Shown here one piece after another: positions 9,990 through 20,805 of a stretch of DNA of 64,000 nucleotides. The position numbers were made by a program, and so were the translations under genes. Location of the stretch: contig JADKGI010000009.1 of the NCBI GenBank assembly GCA_016722285.1, positions 145,403 through 209,402 on the forward strand, in the 5' to 3' direction. Below the pieces are notes generated by a model, which was not told where the DNA came from, did no database searches, and saw nothing but the letters and a program-made list of their open reading frames with translations. This stretch comes from Saprospiraceae bacterium (GTDB lineage Bacteria; Bacteroidota; Bacteroidia; Chitinophagales; Saprospiraceae). The first letter of the stretch is position 1. Each line of letters starts with the position of its first letter.

Positions 9990-10775
9990 TTAAATTATCC
10001 CTAAAGTACCAATCAACTTATCCATGGATGGTGTCTTACTTCCACCTTTAGGCTCGATAGTAATGGCATATGTGGCAGTATTCTCAATGTAAGCCACGGG
10101 TATAATTTTGTTTCTGTCTGAAAAAACATCTAATGGCATCGGATCAGAACCAGCTTTTAAGGACCAAAGCTGAAAGACCTGATCACTGGTTATGTCGGGT
10201 AAATTAACAAGTTGTAAAAAATTTTTCTTATCCACATCATTATAATGCAGATATACTGAAATACCCTCATATGCAGGAGTGGCAATTAAATCAATAATGT
10301 TATTATGGGGTCTTTTTATCTGATTTATTATGGCAAATTCATTCTTTTGAGCCTTAGAAAGTGAGTCACAAGCTCTTAGTGTTGATTCATAATTTTATTT
10401 CTGTTTCTCGTTTTCAGTCTTCTGAATGTAGAACAAAGAGAAGCCCAAAAGCGATATCAAAGCGAACAATGTACTCATTAAATTCCATCTGGATTTTGAT
10501 GTGGATTTTAGATTGTTTCCCATATCACTATCGGAATTTTGTTCAAACATTTTTAGTGGAAGATTTTCAAAAAGCTGTTTTGAAACAGAAGGCGGGGCTT
10601 TTATCGCCTTAAGTTTTCCATATTTTTCAAGGCCCATAGAGATTTCATGAATTTCTCTTTGAATTTCTATGTATTTAGACTGCATGGCTTGAACTTCATT
10701 CTCTTCTTCAGGAGAAAGCTGCCCGAGCACAAAAAGCTCCAAAATGCCTGATTCTATATATTTTTTTATGTCCAA
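9990..10775 (-). pseudogene. anti-sigma factor (single TM, RskA-like C-terminal domain) with in-frame TAA
   Basis: ORFs 10395..10775 and 9990..10235 are in the same frame, and the stretch between them is open except for TAA at 10395-10397. N-terminal sigma-binding helix, TM 'LMSTLFALISLLGFSLFYI', C-terminal 'QLWSLKAGSDPMPLDVF...YAITIEPKGGSKTPSMDKL'. Lies 7 nt downstream of the ECF sigma gene. Confidence 0.7.
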
Positions 10776-10782
10776 TTTAAAA

Positions 10783-11277
10783 TTACATTAAAAATAACAT
10801 GTATAACAAATGTTTTTCATCTTTTAACTGATCTCTGAGTTGACTTATAGCATCCCTCAGCCTGGTCTTAACAGTACCTAAAGGTATATTCAAATCATCA
10901 GATATTTCTTGCTGTGTATATCCTTCCAAAAACATTTTATCTATTAATATTCTGTATTTTTCGGGCATGTCTTTTATCAAAGATTTGATATCGATGCCTG
11001 AAAACCGTTCATCCGTTTTTAACTCACTCTCCGTCATATTAAAAGTCGAAGTATTATTGTCCATTTCAAACGACTTTAACCTTCTTTTATCAATTGCTGC
11101 GTTTCGGGCTATTTGGGCCATCCATGTAAACAAGGTGGCTTTAGATTCATTATATGATTCTATATTATTCCAAATTTTCAGAAAAACGGCCTGAAGGACT
11201 TCTTCAGAGTCCCCCTGACGCTTGAGAATGCGCAATATTATACCATACAAAGCATCAGAATAATGCTGATACAACAA
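10783..11277 (-). CDS. ECF-type RNA polymerase sigma-70 family factor
   Basis: Region 2 'VFLKIWNNIESYNESKATLFTWMAQIARNAAIDKRR' and region 4 HTH 'EGYTQQEISDDLNIPLGTVKTRLRDA'. The ORF track starts at TTG, but family-typical sequence continues upstream (see findings). Confidence 0.85.
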   Translation of the reverse strand: MLYQHYSDALYGIILRILKRQGDSEEVLQAVFLKIWNNIESYNESKATLFTWMAQIARNAAIDKRRLKSFEMDNNTSTFNMTESELKTDERFSGIDIKSLIKDMPEKYRILIDKMFLEGYTQQEISDDLNIPLGTVKTRLRDAISQLRDQLKDEKHLLYMLFLM

Positions 11278-11745
11278 TTTGAGCCCTGACTCCTCGCCCT
11301 TTCGGATGGATAATATGACAGATTGTAATTCTATGATAATATACGATTGTTTTGTTCTCCTTGCGGATGATTGTCAAAGATATGTATTAATTATAGAATC
11401 AGGAATCAAAAATGTTCATTTTTTACTTTCAATCAGTTTTTGTTGTTTCGGTTACAAGTTGATATACGAGTAAGGATAAGTTTTTGGATTTATTTGCCTT
11501 TAAACCATTGTTCGATTAATAGGTAAGACATAATTGATGACAATGTTTTCCTGAAGGCTCAACTGCTTCTTAGTGCTGTTAAGCATATTATGATTCTTAT
11601 ATAATACTCTACAAATGATGGTCACATATTACTTATTTTTAAAAAAAAATTATTAAAATAAATCCAAATTCATAATACCACTCGTAAGTAAAGTTGATTG
11701 GGTAAGTAACCCTTATATTTTTTATCAACTCTAAAAACAACACTT

Positions 11746-12964
11746 ATGAGACTCCAATTTGTACACTTCAGATTAGCGATGTTGTCCTTATTTATTAGCT
11801 TCCTTTTCATATCATGTGGTGAGAAATCTTCAAATCTGGTTTCCAATACAAAGATTCCTGTATTGCTGGATAGAAATGAAAAACTCCGAAACGGAAAAGA
11901 GTGGGATGATGTCATGAATTCATACCAAAAACTAAAACTGGCAATTCAGAAAAATGATGATGATCAGGAATCAAAAATCCGTTTGGCTCAATTGTTTATC
12001 AGAGAAGCACGTGTCACAGGCGAACACGGGCATTATTACAACGCAGCCCTTAACATGACCGACCAAATATTAAATAGTAAATCGAAAAACAGATATGGAC
12101 TTTTTGGCCTTGGTAACCAAAGCCGGTATTCAATTATCTCATCATGATTTTAGCGGAGCATTGTCGACGGGACAAAAAGCCATTGTTATCAATCCCAATA
12201 ATCCTCAGATATTTGGTGTCCTTGTAGATGCCAATGTTGAGCTTGGTAATTCTAGCGAGGCTGTGAAAATGGCTGATATCATGATAGCCATGAAGCCTGA
12301 TCTCAGATCTTATGCCAGAATATCTTACATAAGGGAAATCCATGGTGAAGTGGATCAGGCTTTTGAAGCTATGAAGATGGCGGTTGAAGCAGGTATCCCC
12401 GGATATGAGGATACGGCTTGGGCTATGCTTACTTTAGCAGATATGTACAAGTTGTATGGGCAATATGATAAGGCAGAGTCTATTTATAAAGAGATACTTG
12501 CACAAAGACAGGATTACCCTTTTGCAATTGCTGCTCTGGGTTCAATTTATATGAAGAAAGGCGACATGGCACTTGCAGAAAAGATGACAAAAGATGCTAT
12601 TGCCATCATACCTGAAGTAAGTTTTTATACTCAACTGGCAGAGATATATCAAAAGCAGGGAAATACTCAGGCAATCGATCCTTTAATGAATGAAATATTT
12701 GCTATGATGAAAAATGATGAAAAGTCTGGCCATAATATGAATCTGGAATATGCACACATTTATCTTGATCTGATGAATGACAATGACAAAGCTCTGGAAT
12801 ATGCTCAAAAGGAATATCTGAAACGCCCTGAAAACATTGATGTGAACAGGATGTTAGCCAGAATATATGCCGCTGAGAAAAACAAAAACATGGTTGGCAA
12901 ATATTTGGTCGCTGCCACTGCAACCCATTCCAAACATCCTGAGCTCATAGCACTTCACATTTAA
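11746..12964 (+). pseudogene. TPR-repeat lipoprotein, frame interrupted
   Basis: ORFs 11746..12147 and 12095..12964. Lipobox 'FLFISCG', TPR-like helices throughout. Removing one A from the A5 run at 12085-12089 gives '...ILNSKSKTDMDFLALVTKAGIQL...'. Confidence 0.65.
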
Positions 12965-13095
12965 CATGCATTACTACTAAATGTATTATTGACATTTAAG
13001 ACACTTTACTAAATAATTTAATTAAGCCTTATTGGGCACCCATTGACTTATGCATCTGCATAATCCTTGGTTCACATTTCTATAATTTTAAAATA

Positions 13096-14846
13096 ATGAA
13101 GTCAATTTCACACCCAAAGTACAGAATGCTCAGGTTGAGGAATCTATGCTTTTTGTTCAATTTGTTTATTGTATCAAATCTGGCCATAGGATCAAGTCAT
13201 AGAGAAGCACCACTCATAGCCAGTGATCCATTGGCTGACAACACGGATCTCTATGCATTCAGATCGCCTGATAACCCAAACACAATCACCATCATAGCGA
13301 ATTACATCCCTGGTGAGTTGCCCTATGGAGGACCAAATTACTACAGTTTTGGTGAAAACATTAGATATGAAATTCACATAGACAATGATGCATCAAAGCC
13401 GGGAGATGAGATCGTTTATAGATTTACTTTCAACAAGGTCAATGAAGACCCAACCACTTTTTTTAATATCAGGCTTGGAAAACAAAACCTGAAAACAACT
13501 TATAAACTTGAAAGGAGTATAGATAGAGGAGTTTCATTTCAAACCATAGTAACTAATGGTATTGTTCCTCCTCCAAACATAGGAACGCGATCCATAGAAT
13601 CAGGTGTAGGTTTGAATACAACCTATTCGACTTTTTTTAAAGCTGCGATTACTACTTCTTCAACAGGGGAAAAGGTATTTGCAGGTCCGGTAGATGATCC
13701 TTTTTATGTTGACCTGGGTGGAATTTTGATTTGGGTAATGCACCTCGTCAGGGCGGGGAAAAGCCAAGAGATGGCTTATCGAAATACAATGTTCACACCA
13801 TTGCCATACAAGTACCTATCTCCACGCTACTCAAAGCGGGAACAACGACCGTACCTACTTCAATTTTGGATGGAAATTATGTCATAGGAGTTTGGGCATC
13901 CGCAAGCAGACAAGCTATCAAAACACTTACTAATGGAGCAACTCCCAATCATTCCGGCGACTGGGTTCAGGTTTCGAGACTGGGTATGCCGCTAACAAAT
14001 GAAGCTGTAATAGCTGTGGGTGATAAAGACTACTGGAACCGGTTAACCCCGTACGATGAGTTAACTGAAACGACACTTGATAATTATTTCTTTAATCCTG
14101 AATTGGGTTTGTACATGGATGATGATTTGTTTGGGGGAGCTGTACCGGCGTTTTCCCCACTTCGCATTCAACAGAAATCTCTTGGATCATTTGATTTTAC
14201 AAATGGAGCGGATGGACTATATGGTTTGAAAGGTAATGCTGCTTTAGCGGGCACGGCCCTTGATGACGCTGTTTTTGGGACCTTACTTTTGCCCGGTCCC
14301 GGAAAACCCAGATCTGTGGATCTATGGCCTGCCTTTCACACTGGTGTGCCAAATGTGATTCCTTACCAATTGGCTACCGGCAAAGGTGGCAATCCTCTTG
14401 CAGCAGGAAAGCCTTTTGTCAACAACTTCCTTCCTAATGGTGGAGATATGCTGAGACTAAATATGGCGGTGCCACCAACACCGAGAGACGATCCGAATTT
14501 TAGTCCTTTGGGTTTGATCCAGGCAGCGGCCATAGGATTGACAGTCGCACCCTTCAATTCTACAAAGAATCTGGAATTCATTCCTAATATGGATGGTTTT
14601 CCTAATGGAAGGAGACTTGAAGATGATGTTACCAGAATTGAATTACAGGCAGTAGCCGGAGTAGTACTTGCAGCTGTAGGTCTTTGGTATGATGATTATA
14701 ATCCCGGCACATCTGCAAGTCCTGTTACTCCAAAGCTATTAAATGTGCTCACATTTACAACCGGGGTTGATAAAAACGATAAACCGTTTCAAAAAACATT
14801 CCCATATATGGCTATGCCGTGGGGTGGGACTGAAATAAGACAATAA
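13096..14846 (+). pseudogene. DUF4331 family secreted protein (paralog A), frame interrupted
   Basis: ORFs 13096..13887 and 13731..14846. Signature N-terminus 'SSHREAPLIASDPLADNTDLYAF'. Adding one T to the T4 run at 13724-13727 gives 'DDPFYVDLGGIFDLGNAPRQ', colinear with paralog B. Confidence 0.75.
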
Positions 14847-14868
14847 ATAACATTAAAATATAAATATT

Positions 14869-16674
14869 ATGAAACATAAAAATATAATTCATTTACTTAT
14901 TCTGGCTTCTTTACTGATCCTAAGCAATCATTTATTAGCTTCAAGCCATAGAGAGGCACCTTTGATTTCAAGTGATCCTTTGGCTGACAATGTCGATGTA
15001 TATGCATTCAGAAGCCCGGACAATCCTGATATGGTCACCTTGATTGCTACCTATGTACCTATGCAATTACCACAAGGTGGTCCCAATTATTATACTTTTG
15101 GTAAAAATATAAGATATGAGGTACACGTGGATAATGATGCATCTAAGCCCGGGGATGAGATCACCTACAGATTTACATTCAATGTAACAAATGAAGATCC
15201 GACCACTTTCTTTAATATTAGACTTGGCAAACAAAATCAAAAGACTACCTATAAACTTGAGCGAAGCATCAATAGAGGAGTTTCTTTCCAAACAATCATA
15301 GCAAATGGAATCGCACCTCCCAATAATATTGGTGACAGATCCATATCCGGAGGAGCTGGTTTAAATACCACTTATGCTGCTTTATTTCAAGGGGCAATCA
15401 CTGCGGCATCCACTGGCGAAAAAGTATTTGCAGGACCAACAGATGATCCGTTCTTTGTGGATCTGGGAGGCATTTTTGACTTAGGCGATTCACCTAGACA
15501 AAACGGCAGTTCAGTGGATGGTCTGGCTTGCTACAATGTAAGTGCCATCGCTATACAGGTGCCGATCAGTACATTGCGCAAAGCAAGTGCTCCGACTGTT
15601 CCGACATCCATACTTGACCCGGATTATGTCATTGGTGTTTGGGCTTCAGCAAGCCGTCAGGCAGTTACCACACTCAGTAAAACAAGCGAACCAACCTATT
15701 CTGGTAACTGGATACAGGTATCGAGATTAGGTATGCCACTGACCAATGAAGCGGTTATTCCTATTGGGGTTAAAGATTACTGGAATAGTATTACACCATA
15801 TGATGAAATGGCAGACACAACACTTGATCAATACTTTTTCAATCCCGAATTGGCATTATACATGGATGATGATTTTTTTGGCGGTGCAGTGTCTGCTTTC
15901 AGGCCACTTCGTATCCAGAAAAATCGCTTGGTTCATTTGATTTTACAAATGGGGCCAATGGTTTATACGGTTTGAAAGGAAATGCAGCTCTGGCAGGTTC
16001 GGCATTAGATGATGCTGTATTTGGAACGCTTTTACTGCCCGGGCCTGGCAAACCCAGATCAGTTGATTTATGGCCTGCTTTCCATACAGGGGTACCCAAT
16101 GTGATTCCTTATCAGTTAGCCACCGGTAAAGGGGGTAATCCGTTGGCTGCCGGAAAACCATTTGTCAATAACTTTCTTCCTAACGGTGGTGACATGTTAA
16201 GGCTCAATATGGCAGTACCGCCAACACAAAGGAATGATCCTAATTTTAGTTCATTGGGATTGATACAGGCTGCTGCCATTCGGGCTGACTGTTGCACCGT
16301 TCAACACTACAAAAAATCTGGAATTTATACCTAATATGGATGGATTTCCGAATGGCCGAAGATTAGAAGATGATGTTACCAGAATAGAATTACAGGCAGT
16401 AGCCGGAGTAGTACTGGCAGCAATAGGACTTTGGTATGATGATTATAATCCTGCTACATCTGCTAGCCCTGTGACAAAGCAATTATTGAATGTTTTGACA
16501 TATTCTACAGGTGTAGAAAAAAATGATAAAGCATTCAGTACAGCTTTTCCTTATCTCGCTATGCCTCATAGTGGTACTGGTGCCTGTAGTGGACAACCCA
16601 TTGTAAAACAGCCTAATGTAGCCATTTTTGATCCTAAGTTTTGTGGCAGAATATTCTTATTTCAGCCAGAATGA
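14869..16674 (+). pseudogene. DUF4331 family secreted protein (paralog B), multiply interrupted; probably continuous with the CHRD region downstream
   Basis: ORFs 14869..15975, 15972..16334 and 16336..16674 are colinear with paralog A. Lesions at the A5 run 15919-15923 and an extra base near 16281. Unlike A, it has no stop at the homologous end and reads on toward the CHRD repeats. Confidence 0.7.
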
Positions 16675-18378
16675 ATGGAGGCAATGAAGTGCCATGTAGA
16701 ACTACTGATGCAATAGGTGTTACCACTGTTACTTTTAATGATACATATTCTGAAGCCACAGTAAATATGACTGTAGCCAATTTTCTTCATTGGCTTTCAG
16801 GGTGTTCACATACACTCAGGTAAAGCAGGGGTAAATGGACCGGTAAAATTTGATCTAACCAGTTAATATAAACAAGGAAGGATTACCAGTACTTTTGCAG
16901 TCACTAAGGATGATGTAGCCGCATTTATAGATGGCGATTTCTATATAAATGTGCACACAACAAATATCCCTGCTGGTGAATTGAGGGGCCAATTATCGCT
17001 GGAGGCTGCTGAATCATTTGGTGCTGAACTTAATGGTACGAATGAAGTTCCAGCTGTAAATACAACTGGTAAAGGGCTTGCAAGCGTGATATATACAGCC
17101 AATACCAACATTTTGGAAATAAATCTACTTGCCACAAAACTCACAGGCCCAATCACAGGAATACATTTTCACAAAGGGGCTCCCGGTGTATCGGGTGCTG
17201 TCATTGAAGATTTAAAACCATTTCTTATCGGAAATACGATAATGGTAAAATTTAATCCAGGTGCTTACATTCAAGACCTGAGAGCCGGAAATATATATAT
17301 TAATATACATACAGATGCATTTCCGGGAGGAGAAATAAGAGGTCAAGTATCCGGTATAAAAGGTCTCCATTTTGATGCATGGATGACATATGATCAGGAA
17401 GTACCACGAGTAGATAATAATACACTTGCACTTTCCATGGGATTTGTGACTTCAACTCTGGACAGACTCAGCTATCGTATTTTAATAGACAATCCGGTAT
17501 CAACGATAACTGCTGCACACATACATAAAGGAAACTTAGGTGTTGCCGGAGGAGTAGTAGTTGACCTTTCAAAAGGAATAAGTGGTCATAGCATATCCGG
17601 TGATTCTGTTGTGGTAACAAAAGATTTATTGAGTGATTTCTTGTCTGGCAGCTTATATTTTAATGTTCATTCACCAACATATCCTGCTGGAGAGGTACGA
17701 GGACAAATATACAGGATTGCAAGAGATGGATATTCCTATGATCTATGCCCGCAACAACAAACGCCACCTGTCACAAATGCCGGAAATGCAAGTGGTTCAG
17801 GAATGTTTGCATTTAACCGGGATTATGACGAAGCTCATATGATGGTCGTAGCCAGTGAATTAAGCACACCATTCCAAAGTGCCCATATTCACAATGGGCC
17901 TATCGGTTCTTCAGGGCCTGTGGTATTTGATTTTGGAGATAAATGGTTAAAAAATGGCGCGTTTTTCTATTATACGGATGCATTTACAGCATCACTTGCC
18001 AATCAAATTCAATCCGGCACATCGTATGTAAATGTTCATACAACAAAAAATCCAAACGGAGAAATAAGAGGTCAAATTACAAAGAAACCTGAATGTGCAT
18101 TTCAAAGTGCTGTGGTGGAAGTAGGGAATGAGACTTTTATGATCGATGTTTTTCCCAATCCTGTATCCAATATGATCAAAATCAAGTATGAGGGAAGCAG
18201 GGCCTTGTATCAAAACAGTATTGTCCAGATCAGGGATATTTCCGGTAAACTGATGGTATCAAAAATAATATCAGATCCTGAATTGACAATAGATATGACA
18301 ACATTTGCGTCAGGCGTTTACTTCATACAAGCTGGAAATGAAGTATATAGAAAATCTATGAAAGTAATTAAAATCTAG
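16641..18378 (+). pseudogene. CHRD-repeat protein with T9SS type-A C-terminal sorting domain (interrupted at its 5' end)
   Basis: ORFs 16641..16823 and 16951..18378. At least four CHRD-like units ('NGGNEVP...', 'GIHFHKGAPGVSG...GGEIRGQV', 'AAHIHKGNLGVAGG...AGEVRGQI', 'SAHIHNGPIGSSG...NGEIRGQI'). C-terminal 'VFPNPVSNMIKIKYEG...GVYFIQAGNEVYRKSMKVIKI' = T9SS CTD. One frameshift near 16785 and an in-frame TAA at 16864-16866. Confidence 0.7.
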
Positions 18379-18426
18379 TCAGTATTGAGGTTCTGGAGTC
18401 CCTTTAATTAATTAGTTATTATTACA

Positions 18427-18464
18427 AAGAGGCTGTCTGGTAAAGCAGGCAGTCTCTTATTTTA
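18427..18464 (+). terminator. rho-independent terminator after CHRD gene
   Basis: 13-bp stem (two G-U pairs) aagaggctgtctg/caggcagtctctt with a 6-nt loop, followed by 'attttat'. Confidence 0.7.
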
Positions 18465-18549
18465 TAAATATTTAAATCCAATTATTCAATCATCCACGTA
18501 TATGAATATAACGAATGAGTTATTGTTAATTTTTTGACCATTTAAATTA

Positions 18550-20784
18550 TTGAATCCTTTGAAAAACTTATACTTCCTTTTATTACTTATGATAAGTACG
18601 CTTTCTACAGCTCAATCTGTAACGGGCATACTAAGAGATAAAGATGGAAATGCCATAGAATATGCCAATATTATCGTGCTAAAATATAATCTGCATACCC
18701 ATAGCGATGATAAAGGCAGATATTACTTAACCAATGTACATATCGGAGATTCGATTCTTATATCCCACTTGTCATATGAATCGAGTAGCATGGTAATCAA
18801 TTCTGGTAATTTTGAAGGCAACATTATATCAGTATTGGAAGAAAAGAGAATAGGTCTTGATCAGGTGGTAATAATGCCTGATAATCAAGCACTTAGTACT
18901 ATATCAAAAATAGATGTTCTTACCAATCCAGTAAATAATTCTCAGGAATTGCTTCGTCGAGTGCCTGGACTCATTATCGGCCAACATGCAGGTGGAGGCA
19001 AAGCAGAACAAATATTTCTTCGCGGATTTGATATTGATCATGGTACTGATATAAACATTTCTATCGATGGACTTCCGGTAAATATGATTTCGCATGCACA
19101 CGGTCAGGGATATGCTGATTTGCACTTTATTATGCCGGAAATCATTGATCAGATCAATTACGGTAAGGGACCTTATGATGCAGACAAGGGTAATCTGGCA
19201 ACAGCAGGCTATGTATCCTTAAAAACCAAAGATAGACCGGCAAATTCTTTTTTTTCTTCAGAGTATGGTAGTTTTAATACACGTCGTATTGCCGGGTTAT
19301 ATAATCTTGTTTCGTCCCCATCTGAATCAGCTTATGTAGCTACTGAGTACAATCTCACTGATGGCCCATTTACATCTTCTCAGGAATTCAACAGGTTTAA
19401 TATTTTTGCTAAATATACAAAACGGATGAGTAATAATGATAAACTGTCATTATGGGGTTCAAGATTCTTCAGTCGTTGGAATGCATCCGGCCAAGTGCCG
19501 GAGCGTGCTGTAGCAAACGGATCTATTGGTCGTTTTGGCTCAGTGGATGATACAGAAGGAGGAAATACTTCGAGAACAAACCTGGTACTTAATTATACAA
19601 AGTTTATCAACAATAACCAATTTATCAAAACCAGAGCATTTTTTACGGCCTATGATTTTCTGCTTTATTCAAATTTTACTTTCTTTTTAAATGATACTAT
19701 AAATGGTGACCAGATAAGGCAGAAAGAAAAAAGAAATATTTATGGTTTCGATACGGAACTTAATTATAAAATAAAAAATATTCATAACTATGATTTGCTT
19801 TTCAAAGGTGGAACCGGTCTGCGATATGATGATGTCAATAATGTAGAATTGTCTCATACCCTCAATCGTAAAACAACTTTGCAGCGGTTGGCCTTTGGCC
19901 AGGTTGATGAAACTAATTTATTTGGTCACGCTGAAGTTACATTGACCTGCGGGAATTTGATGCTAAATACTGGTGTCAGAGCTGATTATTTTAAATTCAG
20001 TTATGAAAATAATCTGAGTACTCTGTATGTATTGAAACACAACGACAAAACTGTCATTAGTCCAAAGATCAATATCCAGTTTACCTTAAACCAGAGTACA
20101 CAATTGTTTGCAAAATTTGGAAAGGGATTTCATTCTAATGATACAAGAGTTGTAACCGAAAATCAGGCACAGCAAATTCTTCCCACTGCATATGGGGTTG
20201 ATTTTGGTGGAATCTTCAAGCCTTATAAGAGTATGATCATCAACGCAGCTGTTTGGTATCTGTATTTGGATCAGGAGTTTGTCTATGTGGGTGATGAAGG
20301 CATTGTAGAACCTGGTGGTAGAACACGTCGTGCAGGTGTTGACTTTGGGATCCGCTACCAGCCGACCCATTGGTTATTTATTTATTCTGATTTGAATATG
20401 GCCAATCCCCGAATGGTAGATGAAGCTGAAGGTTCAAATTATATCCCTTTAGCACCCACACTTACTAATACAGGAGGCTTATCATTTAATCCTGTAAAAT
20501 CTATTTCAGGTGGATTGAGATACAGATATGTTGCTGATCGTCCAGCCAATATTGATAATTCCATCATTGCCAAAGGTTATAAGGTCATTGATTTTAATAT
20601 CAATTATTCGTTTAGGAAAATCATGGTCGGTTTAGAAATCAATAATGTATTGAATACAGATTGGAACGAAACACAATTTGCCACAGAATCGAGCTTAAAA
20701 AACGAGAGTAAATCTGTAAATGAAATTCACTTTACACCTGGTGCTCCTTTCTCTGTAAAGGGGAAATTGACATATAATTTTTAA
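18550..20784 (+). CDS. TonB-dependent receptor with CarboxypepD_reg-like N-terminal domain
   Basis: 744 aa (TTG start in ORF track); signal peptide, 'VTGILRDKDGNAIEYANIIV', plug 'LLRRVPGLIIGQHAGGGKAEQIFLRGFDIDHGTDINISIDGLPVN', long beta-barrel ending in aromatic 'LTYNF'. Confidence 0.85.
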   Translation: MNPLKNLYFLLLLMISTLSTAQSVTGILRDKDGNAIEYANIIVLKYNLHTHSDDKGRYYLTNVHIGDSILISHLSYESSSMVINSGNFEGNIISVLEEKRIGLDQVVIMPDNQALSTISKIDVLTNPVNNSQELLRRVPGLIIGQHAGGGKAEQIFLRGFDIDHGTDINISIDGLPVNMISHAHGQGYADLHFIMPEIIDQINYGKGPYDADKGNLATAGYVSLKTKDRPANSFFSSEYGSFNTRRIAGLYNLVSSPSESAYVATEYNLTDGPFTSSQEFNRFNIFAKYTKRMSNNDKLSLWGSRFFSRWNASGQVPERAVANGSIGRFGSVDDTEGGNTSRTNLVLNYTKFINNNQFIKTRAFFTAYDFLLYSNFTFFLNDTINGDQIRQKEKRNIYGFDTELNYKIKNIHNYDLLFKGGTGLRYDDVNNVELSHTLNRKTTLQRLAFGQVDETNLFGHAEVTLTCGNLMLNTGVRADYFKFSYENNLSTLYVLKHNDKTVISPKINIQFTLNQSTQLFAKFGKGFHSNDTRVVTENQAQQILPTAYGVDFGGIFKPYKSMIINAAVWYLYLDQEFVYVGDEGIVEPGGRTRRAGVDFGIRYQPTHWLFIYSDLNMANPRMVDEAEGSNYIPLAPTLTNTGGLSFNPVKSISGGLRYRYVADRPANIDNSIIAKGYKVIDFNINYSFRKIMVGLEINNVLNTDWNETQFATESSLKNESKSVNEIHFTPGAPFSVKGKLTYNF

Positions 20785-20805
20785 TTTATTGTCGAAATCA
20801 GGTCG

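Noticed and set aside
14363-14581. Paired antisense ORFs 14363..14581 and 16112..16297 with similar proteins
   Set aside because: Their similarity only mirrors the conserved DUF4331 paralog segment on the plus strand. They are reverse-strand shadows, not a gene family.
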